From Takakia lepidozioides (lineage: Eukaryota > Plantae > Bryophyta), in NCBI GenBank assembly GCA_030704615.1, contig CM060733.1, positions 54,560,001-54,624,000 on the forward strand: 64,000 nt of DNA, given 5' to 3'. The notes beneath the pieces were generated by a model. The model was not told the DNA's origin. It saw only the letters and a program-made list of their open reading frames with translations, and made no database searches. Of this stretch, positions 21,484 through 32,964 are shown one piece after another (within the stretch, counting starts at the first letter, position 1; each line of letters begins with the position of its first letter). The position numbers were made by a program, and so were the translations under genes.

Positions 21484-24400
21484 TCACTCGAAGACAGGCA
21501 TTGCAGGAAGCGGCTTCGGGCGCCCCTGCATCGGACAAATTTCCTGGACTTCCTCCTCCTCCTTTTCCTCCTCCCCTTCCACGTACTGTTCTGCGTTGTT
21601 GGGATCCTCAGTAGGAGGCAGACGCTGTAGGCCCGCCAAATTAAAATCGTACAAGGCCGTATCCCCCTCAAATGAACACAAATCGGTTGGACATCATTCC
21701 CGCCCACATACAGGCACCTGCGAATTCATATGACACAACCAAAGCCAAAGTCAAGAATGACTCGCTTCCTCGCGCAAGCAAACAAAGACAATCGGAAACG
21801 GTGTCAATTTCGGTGCCGCAATCACGTAACGTTCTCACCTGTATTAGCAATGACGTCGAGGACCCTGCCTTCAACATCCGTACACATCTCCATGAGCGTC
21901 TGGATGAATGCAGGACTCCTAGTCCTGCCATACCTCCAAGGCTTGCCCAACAAATCACAAAGCATGTCCTTCTCTCCCACATGGTTGAACATGACGTTAT
22001 ACTCCAGTGGATCAACTGTGGAATCAACAAGTCTGCCTGCTTGACGTAATTTGAATTTCGAATGTTCCTTCACGAAGCGGAATGCCTGAAAGATAAGAGT
22101 CTGCAAAGAAGGAAAGGAGAACGTGAGAGGTGGCCTACACGTACATGGGCAATTTTGGCGCAGAAATTGGTAGAACAGAGGAAAACCGCAGCATACCTTT
22201 TGACTATCGTTGACAAGACCCTGCGTGTTGTTGCAAGTCCAGATCTTCTTCAGGATGGGTGCTGCACTTCTCCCCGTCCATACTTTGATATCATTCTCAA
22301 TGACTTATCTATCGGCTGCTAGCACAACAACACAGCCGTCGTCGTCCAACATGTTGGCTGCGAACCCGAATGTGTGGCTCCAGTATCTTTTGTCGTACTT
22401 GTTCCACCACGGTAGTGAGCCCAGCCCTAGTATCTCCTGCCCATCCGGGATATCCACAAGGATCATGTCGATGGAGGCTTTCACCGCCCTGCCCCCGACT
22501 GTGCTCTTTTTGCCGTGGCTCATCGCCACAAAATACTCCATCATCTTTGTGTAGCCGGGAGTGTCCTCGATATCATTGCCAGTGGCCTTCCTCTTCCCCT
22601 TCCCTTGGTGGGCCTCGATCGCCTTCCTCAATCTCGTTTTCTCCAGCCTTCTCGTCAGTGCAGTTAGGAAATTTTCATTAACACATTCCACAATTGTGGG
22701 TGTTTTGAGGACTTCCCTGCCCGCAATGTGTACCACACGGTAGGGTCTGCCAGGTGCATCCTCGTATAGTGATCTCTTCGCAGCTGAACCCTCGGAGCGC
22801 TGGCCCTTGTGAATTTTCGGACAAGGTGTGGCCCCCTGGGTGTTATCTTGCTGGAAATCGTCGTCAGAATCCTCGTCATCTGGCTGACTATGTTGCTGCT
22901 TCTTCTTCTTGGGTGTGGGGCTCTTCGTCTCTTGCCCCTGTTTGCGCGTTCTTTTCTTCTTGTCCTTGGGCTGCTCAGCTGCCTGCTTCTCCATCTGCTC
23001 CTTCGCCAACGTTGCCGCCTTGGCTTACTTTCTCAGTGCTTTCTGCTTTGCTGCCTCCTCTGCTTTCAGTTTTTCCGCATTCTCTGGTTGGGGATCCAAA
23101 TGCGCCTTCATAGCCCGGGCATTTGCTTCCTTCTTCAAGTTAACCTCCGAGAGGTCAACGGTCCCACTTGGGAGATCCACATACCAGGGACAATCTACCA
23201 AATGCTCGGCATGCCACTCCTTCGCCATTACTTCTGTGTACATCGTACCACAACCTCCAGGTGTCCTCCATGCTAGGAAGAATGGTGGAACCCTTTGAAT
23301 GGCTCCGGACGGAATGAGAGCAAAATTTATGTACCTGCAATCGCGAGTCACTTCAACAGAAATCATGCTATTGATGCATCATGCAAGAGGAAGTTCTGAA
23401 TGCAGAAGGTATTTTGGCACCGAAATACGCAATGGACTGTGCCCCAATTACCCAGCATTCACATCTTGCAGAGGGATATTTTGGCGCCGCAATATCCACC
23501 GTTTTTTGGCTAAATTCTCAAAACTGCAATTAGGGGGATGCATTGGCAGCAGATTACCTGAACAGGACTCGCATTGCCATTTTGTCGGCACCCTCCTGCT
23601 CTTCGATGTATATGCTGCGTCTTGCCTTTGCAATTTCTCTGAAAAAGAGGTTTGTGAAGCGCCCTCGCCAGGACTGCACGTAGTTCTCCATTGTCTCCGG
23701 TTTCATCCAGTCGATCTGTAACTTGAAAGTGGTGGTGTTGCAATCCAATTGCTCGTGGGCGTGGGTCAGTACCTGCAGCATTGCAGGTCTCCAAAACATT
23801 CATGAATTTAAAATTGCAATGATGTCCAACACACAGAAGAGGAGGACATTATACCTGATGCCACCAAGTCATCACATTTAGCCAGTCGTTCATTTTGTCG
23901 TCAGTTGGCTCGATGGGAAAGTGGTACAACAGTTTCGTGTTTGTATGGCCGTTCCAGATTCGCAGCCACTCGTCTGCATGGCCTAACATCGGTCAGACAA
24001 AAGAACCTCATCATGAGAATCGCGAAAAGACACAAAACAAGAACAAACACATACTAACCTTCTCCGCCGGCTCAACACAGGACACTGCGATGTCATGAAG
24101 TTTCTCCATGGACATTTCCGGTTTCATGGGTCTGGAGTAATGCAGTCATATTTCTGCTAGGAACTCGGCATCAAGACCAGGGTCAGCAGTTGCAACTTGC
24201 TTCACAAGTTTGGACCTGTACTTGGTCCGTGATTGCCTCCCTGCCTGCACAATGTGACTCTCTATCGACGTGTCCGCCTTGTTGGGGGCATCACTCTCAA
24301 AGAACTGCCTTTTGGCATAGGCCAAGTCATCCCTGATGTTCGTCTGCATTCCCATACCCAGCAGATACAGTCAGGCCACTGATCCCTGCAACAAATAGCA

Positions 24401-25950
24401 TTAAATCGGGAAATTTGAGATGAACCTCACTGAATAGAGGATCTCCACCATGGCGTCTAGTGTTGGTCGGTACCAGGTGCGATCCGCTTTCACAAGGGAC
24501 TTCATGTACAGCTTGGGATCGAGGGATTTTTGGAAGTTCGTCAGCGGTGCTGTGCCCACTTCTTGCACTCTGTAGAGCATATGTGCCAGGTGAGTTTCCA
24601 CGAAGGCCCTCTCTGTTACCCTACCATGGAGAAAAAAAAATGAACAACATGAAAATATGATACAAAAATAACCAGATTTCGGCACAACAATCCAATTTCC
24701 AGTTCATAGAGTGGATAACAGTCAAGAATATTGCCTATTTTGGCGCCGCAATAGGCACTACACAAGGATGTAGTAGTATACTTATAGATTTATATCCGCC
24801 ATGGCACCCTTCAGCAGTCCTCTGTCCCTCACGTCCACCTTCACGACAATGCAGTCCACCATGTAATGCCAATTGATATCTTGCGGATGCATTTCAGCAA
24901 TGTACTCTGTCTAGGCAAACATCCTGTGGTTCCCGTCCTATACGAAGAACATCTTCCCTGCCATGTGTGCGAATGTGGGATTACTTTTCAGAGAGGCTTC
25001 AAACTCGGCATTTACAGTGTGCCAGTGGGGGCTCCAATTCTGAAGCTCCTCTGTAGTGGGGCCCCTTGTGACATCCTGGTCATTCTCAATGGAAACGTAG
25101 AATGCTGCCGACCCCCGTCTGTACCCCTCTCTGAAGTTGTGCTTCAGTCGGTCGATGTCTCCTGGCAGTGCTTGCCTTACAACTGGAAGGCTAACCATGC
25201 AACACAAAGGAACTTTGAGGTTCTCCGGATACACCATGGAGCCCAAAACGCGGCCTATGTTGCTATATTCACAGGTTGCTATATTCATGTCTCGTGCGCT
25301 CATGAGCATACCCGCCACCAGTTTTTACTTCTACCACCTCTCTCACTAGCCTGTCTGCTGTCTTGGAGGTTTTGCTCCTCCGCAAGCTCCACCAGGTTCT
25401 GATCTCCTGGGAAGTCGTCAAGTCGCACCACGTTGTCGTCCTCAGCTTCTGTCAGCTCAATGGGCCGCCCTTCTGCAGATCCGAGTCCGATATCTCCAGC
25501 GGCCTCCACTGCATCCGTGTTTTGTGAAACTGCTTGCAAACCCAATATCTCGGCTTCCAGTCTCCCAAGTGGTTTTACAGGCAAAGCCATGGGCTCCTTT
25601 TGCTTTCTCGGCTTTTGGACTCTAGGTGGGCTTTTTCTGAGGCGATTTCTGAGGTGTTCTGTGAGGAGTTGCCTGCCTCGATGCACTTCCAGCTTGCAAG
25701 CGCAGCACCCAGGCAGGAGTATCCAAAGTTGGGTCGCCCCCTTGCGATCCCTCCCCAGCTCCTATGTCAAACAATAAGGAAAACATGACACACTGCACGC
25801 AAAAAAAAGGGTGTAAAAAGAATAGTGCGTATGGAGTGCTTTACATCCGCGAAGCACGAATCTCTCACTAGTAGGCGATTTGAGTCTCCGGATAACGAGG
25901 TATGCATTTCCTGCATGAGACGGAGCTTCAGTTGTGTCGTCGGCGGCTTC
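21484..25950 (-). pseudogene. Spliced gene encoding a ParB/Srx-like domain plus a C-terminal beta-class amino-(N6A/N4C) DNA methyltransferase-like domain
   Basis: ParB-like VRQALPGDIDRLKHNFREGY...FFV*DGNHR (~24925-24945). MTase motif IV-like DMILVDIPDG (~22440-22470); motif X/I RSPAFIQTLMEMCTDVEGRVLDVIANTG, spliced across a GT..AG intron (~21839-21718) to ACMWAGMMSNRFV..FEGD (motif II). Several stops and frameshifts; the 5' end is approximate. Confidence 0.65.
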
Positions 25951-26432
25951 CCAAAATCCCGCGTCCTTCTTCTCTGTGCCGGAGTCGCGTGACCTTCCAC
26001 AAACTCTATGCTATCACTATGCTGCATAAGGAGAGGAAACACAGGAGAATGTCACCGTAGAAGGGCAAGGAGCGAGAGAACGAAGCGGTGGAACATGCAA
26101 CCACTGTGCACGAGCAGATGCGCAAGCAACCATGTCTCCCCAAGCGTTGCCACCGTCCACCACTTTCCGCTGTATGGGTGATGAAGAGATTGTGACCCCT
26201 GACACGTTCGAACGGATGAATTCGCCTGGAACGCGACGCGTGCCTGTTCAAGCCACCAGTAGAAGACGCTTTATCCGAATTGCGACGCCGAAATACCGTT
26301 CCGTTCACCGGATGTTGTTCCCGGAGTAGCCGGCATTGAATGCACTATCCGCATATCATGAAACCCAACCGCCATGAAATCAAACCGCCAACCAACATTC
26401 AACAGTCAGTTCGGCACGTTTCATCAGCGGAC

Positions 26433-27706
26433 GGATGAATTTCGGCGCCAAAATTCATCCTATGCAAGTGATTTCATACACAAACATATGAATTTCGGCG
26501 CCGAAATTCATCGCTTCCCCAGTCATCATCCGTCATGAGCACACCTGTCAATCGGATATCGGATCCGGAATTAATTCCGGAACTGTGTAGAACGCTGCAC
26601 TGGGGCACATTTCATCCATATTTCGGTGCCGAAATTCATTAACAATATCTCCGTCCGCGAGCAAACGAGCTGAAATCATCCATATTTTGGCGCCGAAATA
26701 CATCTAGCCCGAACAGTAAACCGACACCATGCCCACGCTTTCCTGCCATCAGTGCCCCTCACGGTTGTTGTCCATGCCTGTTGGAAATGCCATGTTTGGA
26801 CTGTTAAATATAATTTCGGTGCCGAAATAATACTTTATTTGCGGCAACCTCATATACGAAAAATGACCACTTAATGGATATGGTCGGTTTCAAATGAAAA
26901 CAACGGCTAAAATGCAATTAATTTTCCCCTAACCTGAGAAAATATCCCCTTACGTCATTGGATAACGACCTTTTGAAAGACCTAAGGGGTTAAATGTGCC
27001 GATTTCTCCATTTAATGCAGAATATTCGTGTTTTCTCTGTCTGAATGGGTTATTTCATACGAATTTCGGAACCTTACATCATCCAGAAGCAAGAAGTAAG
27101 TATCGGGTTTGGATGAATTTCGGCGCCGAAATTTATCCGTCGCATGGAAAATATAATATTGGAGTTACCCTTTGCCGACAGTAGGGATGAATTTCGGCGC
27201 CGAAATTCATCGCTCGCAAGGAAAAAAAATTTGGAGGGAGGACTTCGGATGAATTTCGGCGTCGAAATTCATCGCTCGCAAAGAAAAAAAAATTATTGGA
27301 GGGAGGACTTTGGATGAATTTCGGCGCCGAAATTCATTGGAAGGACAACAAAAGACTTTCGAAAATACAGAAGAAGAATGAATTTCGGCGCCAAAAGTCA
27401 TCTACACTGTCCATTCAGGGTTACTGTCATCCGGATTTCGGCACCGAAATCCGTACACGTGGTGAATCATGACTGTAATGACAAACACATTCATCCGTAT
27501 TTCGGCGCCAAAATTCATCTTTGTGTAGAAAAAATTTCATGAAGAACATGTTCATCCGAATTTCGGCACCGAAATCCATCCGTTGGGTGCTAGCTCAGTT
27601 TCATGAGGTGAACTAATTCCGAATTCTGTCGCCGGAATTCATCCCGTGGCTTCCAAATCTGTTACATGACAGAGATGTTCATCCGGATTTCGGTGCCGAA
27701 ATTCAT
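26433..27706. repeat. Array of ~16 copies of a 24-bp palindrome ATGAATTTCGGCGCCGAAATTCAT with mostly unique spacers
   Basis: Centres at 26446, 26499, 26563 (degenerate), 26627, 26691, 26820, then 27124, 27198, 27260, 27325, 27389, 27442, 27506, 27567, 27630, 27694. Confidence 0.92.
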
Positions 27707-28169
27707 GAGAAGGCCTGATTTAGCCCAACTGGTGGTACATCACAATTCAGGCACCCAATTTCCGATGTGAATTTGTTGTGGTCGTCCGTATTTGTCACGT
27801 ACGTTACACACCTTCATCCATACGTGCACTGATCACCCATCCTCTTGGATACTGAATCCTCCAGAAAATGATTGTGGTATTATGTAGGACACACTCTTCT
27901 AATTGCAGGACTTCGCTGCGGAGCCTACCGAGAGTTGATGTCTTTAACATGAAGTCCCGTGTTTGGGTAATCGTGTACTTCCATCCTGATTCTCTGAAAG
28001 CTAAAATACCTTGCGACCAAGGATTTGCGATTGTCACTGAGCAGTACTTGTGTGTGTAGTTCGGGCTCCGCCCAGGAACGATGTTTTTGGAAGAGGAGAC
28101 GAATGATGCTTATGGGAAATTTCTGGAAAGTGCTGTCATTCTGCATGCAGATTTCGAAAAAGGCAAAGA

Positions 28170-29510
28170 GTGACGGCTCCCAGTTCTGAATCCATCCGGT
28201 ACAGTGCAATTGGTGAAATCGTGCCTAAAGAGTTCCCATGCTGGAACTTGGTTGATCCTCCTTCCACAAGAGGGTCTGGCGTGCAAGATGTGAAGTCTGC
28301 CATGAGGGATGTGGGCACCTCTTCACAAGCAGAGAAGCCCAAACATGTGAAAAGGGAAATCGAGGATTTGTCGCTCCATAGCTCGTCGGTGGGTGCACAT
28401 TCCAGGGAAACTGTCGTCCACAACTTATCCAGTGACGATGAAGACTGTATTGTCCTTCCATCATATGTTTCGAGGTCGTCCGTCACTAGGAGTGTTCAGA
28501 TGTCGGCAGACAATGAGCACACACCCTCGGACTCAACTTCCGTCCGTTCAGTAATCGACATATTTCGGAGGATAAAGACAGCGGGTTCCCGCTCCAGTGA
28601 CCTTCTTAGGCTTGATTACGACAAAACTCCAATCCATTCTGTGGAAACTTTGCCTGAAGTTGTGGATGGGAATGCTATCTACGAGTTCCCTCCAGTGCCG
28701 CCAGGCGCAGGCCCAGACGGCATGCTGGCAGGAATGAACAGGAAACATGACGGCCACCCATGGTGTATCACCAAAACTTCATCGTCCAATCTGGGTGATG
28801 GAGTTCGAGTCAGATATGTATTGTGTGCTGGACATCTTAAGCACATGTTACCACTACACGAGCAAAGGCACCCGGAATGAGACAGACTGGATTGGCAATT
28901 CGTCGACCCCATTTTGGCCTCAAGGTAGAATTCCTGCAGGGACCTTCAAGTGTGCCCATTGCAACGCAACCCCTACGTGCATGGCAGTGTGCAACGCCAA
29001 GTAGTACTACGTCGGGACCGTCGGCCCAGTGTGCACCGGAGCATGCATTCACATCGGAAAGCATGACCATCCCATCGCCAAAGGCAATTGCAGAGTTGCT
29101 TTTCAATAAGCCCACGATATTATCAAGGAGGAGGTGAGGTTGAGGCCGGGAGCAAAACCAAAGCAGATACAGCTCGCATCCGCACATAGAATTGCAATAG
29201 GCAGAATAATGTCGGAGGACGGAAGCACGAGAGAGAAGCTGGGCGAGGGGGCCATGAAGGAGCTACTGGAAGCTGTCTCCCATGTGTGAAGTCCCAATGT
29301 CAGGAACCACATTGTCGGCTGCAAGAAACAAATCGGAAGAGGATCAGACATGCACTCCATCTTGGAAGTGAAGCGCACATCCGGCTACGACTTCTTCTAG
29401 GGCAGCTTCTTTCCTGGTCAAGGCTCAGAGACGAACAGGTGCTTCATATTTAAGATGTCAACGTGCGGACCGGGGAGCGGTGTCGATTTGGTGAAGCGGA
29501 TGACCAGTGG
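28170..29510 (+). pseudogene. N-terminal part of a GCM-like Zn-finger / Mutator-type transposase, truncated
   Basis: HDGHPWCITKTS...CAGHLK...CAHCNATPTC..CNAK*YY...CIHIGKHDHP...FIFKMSTCGPGSGVDLVKRM. Contains stops and a frameshift; cut before the DDE core by the integrase fragment. Confidence 0.55.
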
Positions 29511-29519
29511 ACCTCCCAG

Positions 29520-30600
29520 CCTTACGAAAGTGCCAGTGAAAAGTTCTCTCCCTGTAATCTTTGCATTGTATCATGACTCAACTTTTGCTGGTAATTTTGG
29601 GGTGAAGAAGACTGTTGCCAGGATTAGAGAGAAGTTCTATTGGAAAGGCATGCGTAAGGATGTTGCCTTGTATATCTCTTTGTGTGTGGGCTGCAATGCC
29701 AAAACCAAGCTTCCTCGTGCTCCGGTGGTGCTAGAGTTACAATCTACTCCCGTAACCTCTGCCTTTGCTAGGATCTCGTAGGACCCTTGAATCTCACATT
29801 GAAGGGCCATAGTTACATAATTGTAGCTATGGATTATCTGACTAAGTGGGTAGAGGTCCAGCCACTGGTGTCTAAGGATAGTGATGGTGTGGCTCAGTTT
29901 TTCTTTGACGACATCATTTTGAGGCACGGATGTCATTTGGAAATCCTTATTGATCAGGGCAAGGAATTCTGTAATATTCTGATGTTGATGATTTGTCACA
30001 ACATAGGCATTCATCAAGCTACCACTCGACCTTATCACCCCCAATACAACGGACTAACGGAGCGTTTCAATCAAACCATGTGTCTCATGTTGGAGAAGTG
30101 TGGAGGTCTTGCCCAGGAATGGGACATGCTTCTTCCCCCTCTCATTTTTGCTTATAGGACTGCTGTGCATGCAAGTACCCGCCGCCCCTTTGAACTTTTC
30201 TATGGTCGCCCATGTATCTCTCCTATTCATCATACTCCCCTCAACCCGGTCATTGTGAAACCAGAAGATTGGGAATTGTTTGCGACTAATCTGCTGGCTC
30301 ATCTTCTCGAATCATAGATGAGGCTAAGTATAATATCTCCAAGGCTCAGCTAGCGCAAGCCAAGTAGTATAATAAGCGAGTTGTTTATTCATCCACGTTT
30401 GTTGCTGGTCAGACAGTCTGTATCAAGGTGCGGCATGGTGCTATAGAGTCCAAGGGTAAGACTCGCATAGAAGGGGCCCCATCTGATAATTTATGAAATG
30501 ACTGCTGGTAACATGGCTAGATTGTTGCCTCAGCATCCTTCAGTCAAGGAGATCCCTGGGGAAGTGCCTATTGCTGACCTATTTGAGACTGCAGTTTGAT
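29520..30600 (+). mobile_element. Ty3/Gypsy integrase fragment (degenerate)
   Basis: Zn-binding YHDSTFAGNFGVKKT...FYWKGMRKDV..Y...CVGC; core IIVAMDYLTKWVEV, IDQGKEF, YHPQYNGLTERFNQT, FAYRTAVHAST. Stops and a frameshift. Confidence 0.9.
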
Positions 30601-32555
30601 CTAACATGTGTGAATGTGGAGGAAATGACAATGGAGATGTCTCCCAAGAAGAAGGCTCGACGGTGATCTACAAGCGGTTTGCAGGTGTCCAAGCTGTGGC
30701 TTCATTCCAATTTGGCTTGTTTGCTGATTTGATTTATAGGTAGAGAGCTTAGCATTAAAGCTTGCTTTGGTTACCTTGTTTTAGCTTGTCTTGTTTATGA
30801 ACTAGCCATCTGTTTGTGAGGATTGGGGTTTTTCCTGCACAACAAGTTTTTTTCATCCCAATTCAGGCCTGGAGGTGGGGCATCTTGCAGCTCCCACTAT
30901 GACACTTAGACTACAGGTTACTGGTGACTTGATGTGCTCAAGCTTTTTGTTATGTTGTGCTATTTGAGAGCTCCTACATCACTTCTACTTATGTGGCTTC
31001 CAAGGTGTTGGTATCCATTGATCAAATTTGGATCTGAAAGTTCACTAGCAAACCAGAAGTAGCTTAAAGCTAAACGTTCATCCTACTTTTGAGTAGTTGT
31101 GTGGGTTGTTGGCTTCCTTACTATTGCTTTGTTTTCGTTGTGCAATTACTAGGTCTAGCTTCTTGGTAGCTGGTGGTCTGTTTCGGTATTCATGTGTTAG
31201 CTATGTGGACACTTGTAGCCCTGAAGTGGCCTTGCTTTGTACTCCTTATGGCCTCGATGTTATTTTTAAATCCTCATTATTAATTTGATTAAAAGGGCCT
31301 CCGTCCCCTTTCTTTAAAATAAAAATAAAAATGTCGAATTTCAATGTCGCCAATGTGCTGGAGGAGAAATCGGCTTTTTCCACACCATGGATAACTCACA
31401 CTTGACACATCTCATAGATATCTCACACATGTGTGGAATAACCCAAAGTGTGGCACCACATGAACCACTAATTGTGGGATGTGTCACACTTTGTTTGGCT
31501 TATGCCACACTGATATTGGAATTTGCTCATACCAATAAAGGTATTGGTATCTTATGTCAACAATATTGTAAGATCAGTTAGTCTACTTAATACTTCAAAT
31601 GTTTGAATTTACAGGTCATGACCTGATAGGGCATGAAGTAATGTTTGTTCATGACCTGATATGCCCTTTGGCTCAAGATACACCATAGTTTACTCTTCTT
31701 TTGGGAGGCATCATACATTTTTTGCACCTCACACTATGATCATGGTCATATGGTTCTTGATCGTGATCATATACCTAATTATGTTCTTGGTCATTTGAAT
31801 ACATCCCTATGAGACATTAGAGCACTTACGAAACTCCTTGGACTATAGTAGCTCTTTTGTTTCTTGATAGTACATTATGGTTCAATATGTGACTCATACA
31901 ATGTAGCTTCATGCATGTAGGTTAGTTGAGTACAGAGATACACAGATTATATTTTTAGCTCAATGTAATTCAGGCTTGTTTTCTGGTTCTATGGCCGCGC
32001 ACACGCTTCTTCCATTGTGGTTTAATCTTTTTTTTAAGCAAAAAAAAACCAAATGAATGTTGCGTTTGAGGCCAAAATAATTGCTACACTTCGTGGGAGC
32101 ACTTGTAGAACTTGCTGCACTTCTTGTGTGTTTGAGGCCAAAGAAATTGTTTTTCTTTGTTCTACACTTCTTCAGAGCTCATCCAACTCACTAGTAGCAA
32201 CGTATTGATATCACATTTGTAGTCTTCTCTAATTGCATGGGCATTTATGACAAAGTCCATCAAACTCCCGATTAGGCATCCTCCATCCTTGTTATGGTCA
32301 CTGTTGGGAGGTTCTTTCATTCCGCCACAAACCCCTGGAGGTTATCAAAAATGTTAGGTGGATATATAACCGCGGTTCTCAAAGAAACAAGGAACCGGCA
32401 AATGCTCGTAACCGCCAATTACGTAGTTTAGAAATAACCAGCCTAAAAACTGCCAAACCATGATAAAACCATGATAAAAACTGCCGGTCCTTTGGGGGGT
32501 CTTACAATTAACTGGACCGGTGGTTCTTTCCATAAGATATATATGCAAAACCGGG

Positions 32556-32709
32556 GACAACCAAGTTGTAGTGGTAATGGGCACATACCACCTTGGAAGT
32601 GGTTGTGGGTTCAATCCACCCTTGGTGTCACAACGGTGTCCACCTTCCGCTAGTCCTTCGGGGTGAAGAGACACCATAATTTACGCTTCCTTCAGGAGGC
32701 GTCAAATAT
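32556..32709 (+). mobile_element. tRNA-derived SINE, copy 1
   Basis: B-box GGTTCAATCC; A-box partly deleted; TSD-like TGCAAAACCGG on both flanks; inverted homologue at 32796-32964. Confidence 0.65.
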
Positions 32710-32782
32710 TATTTATTCTTTTTGCAAAACCGGAACCGGAGGTTCTTTGACTCTAAGATTTTCTTAAAATCGGAACTGAAGG

Positions 32783-32964
32783 ATATATATATATATATTT
32801 GATGCCTCCCGAAGGAACCGTAAATTATGGTGTCTCTTCACCCCGTAGAGTTAATGCCTTCCGCTAAGAAGGTGGATACCTTTGTGACACCAAGGGTGGA
32901 TTGAACCCAGAACCACTTCTGAGGTGGTATGTGCCCATTACCACTGGGCTACAACTTGGTTGTC
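32783..32964 (-). mobile_element. tRNA-derived SINE, copy 2, with (TA)n tail
   Basis: Minus strand GACAACCAAGTTGTAGCCCAGTGG (A box) ... GGTTCAATCC (B box); TSD-like GGAACTG(A/G)AGGATA at ~32772 and ~32967. Confidence 0.7.

Noticed and set aside
26984-26992. piggyBac-like right terminus AGGGGTTAA
   Set aside because: No matching left terminus or piggyBac transposase noticed.
26433-27706. CRISPR array (palindromic repeats with unique ~40-bp spacers)
   Set aside because: Eukaryotic context, no cas genes, variable repeats that are also dispersed in introns; better explained as protein-binding sites.
29520-30600. Integrase as the missing 3' half of the DNMT-Gypsy element
   Set aside because: Lies 14 kb away, appears more AT-rich and more decayed, with no RT/RNase H link or matching LTR; more likely a separate element.
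32556-32964. Functional tRNA genes
   Set aside because: A/B boxes are present, but I could not fold a convincing cloverleaf; extra 3' body, tails and TSDs indicate SINEs.
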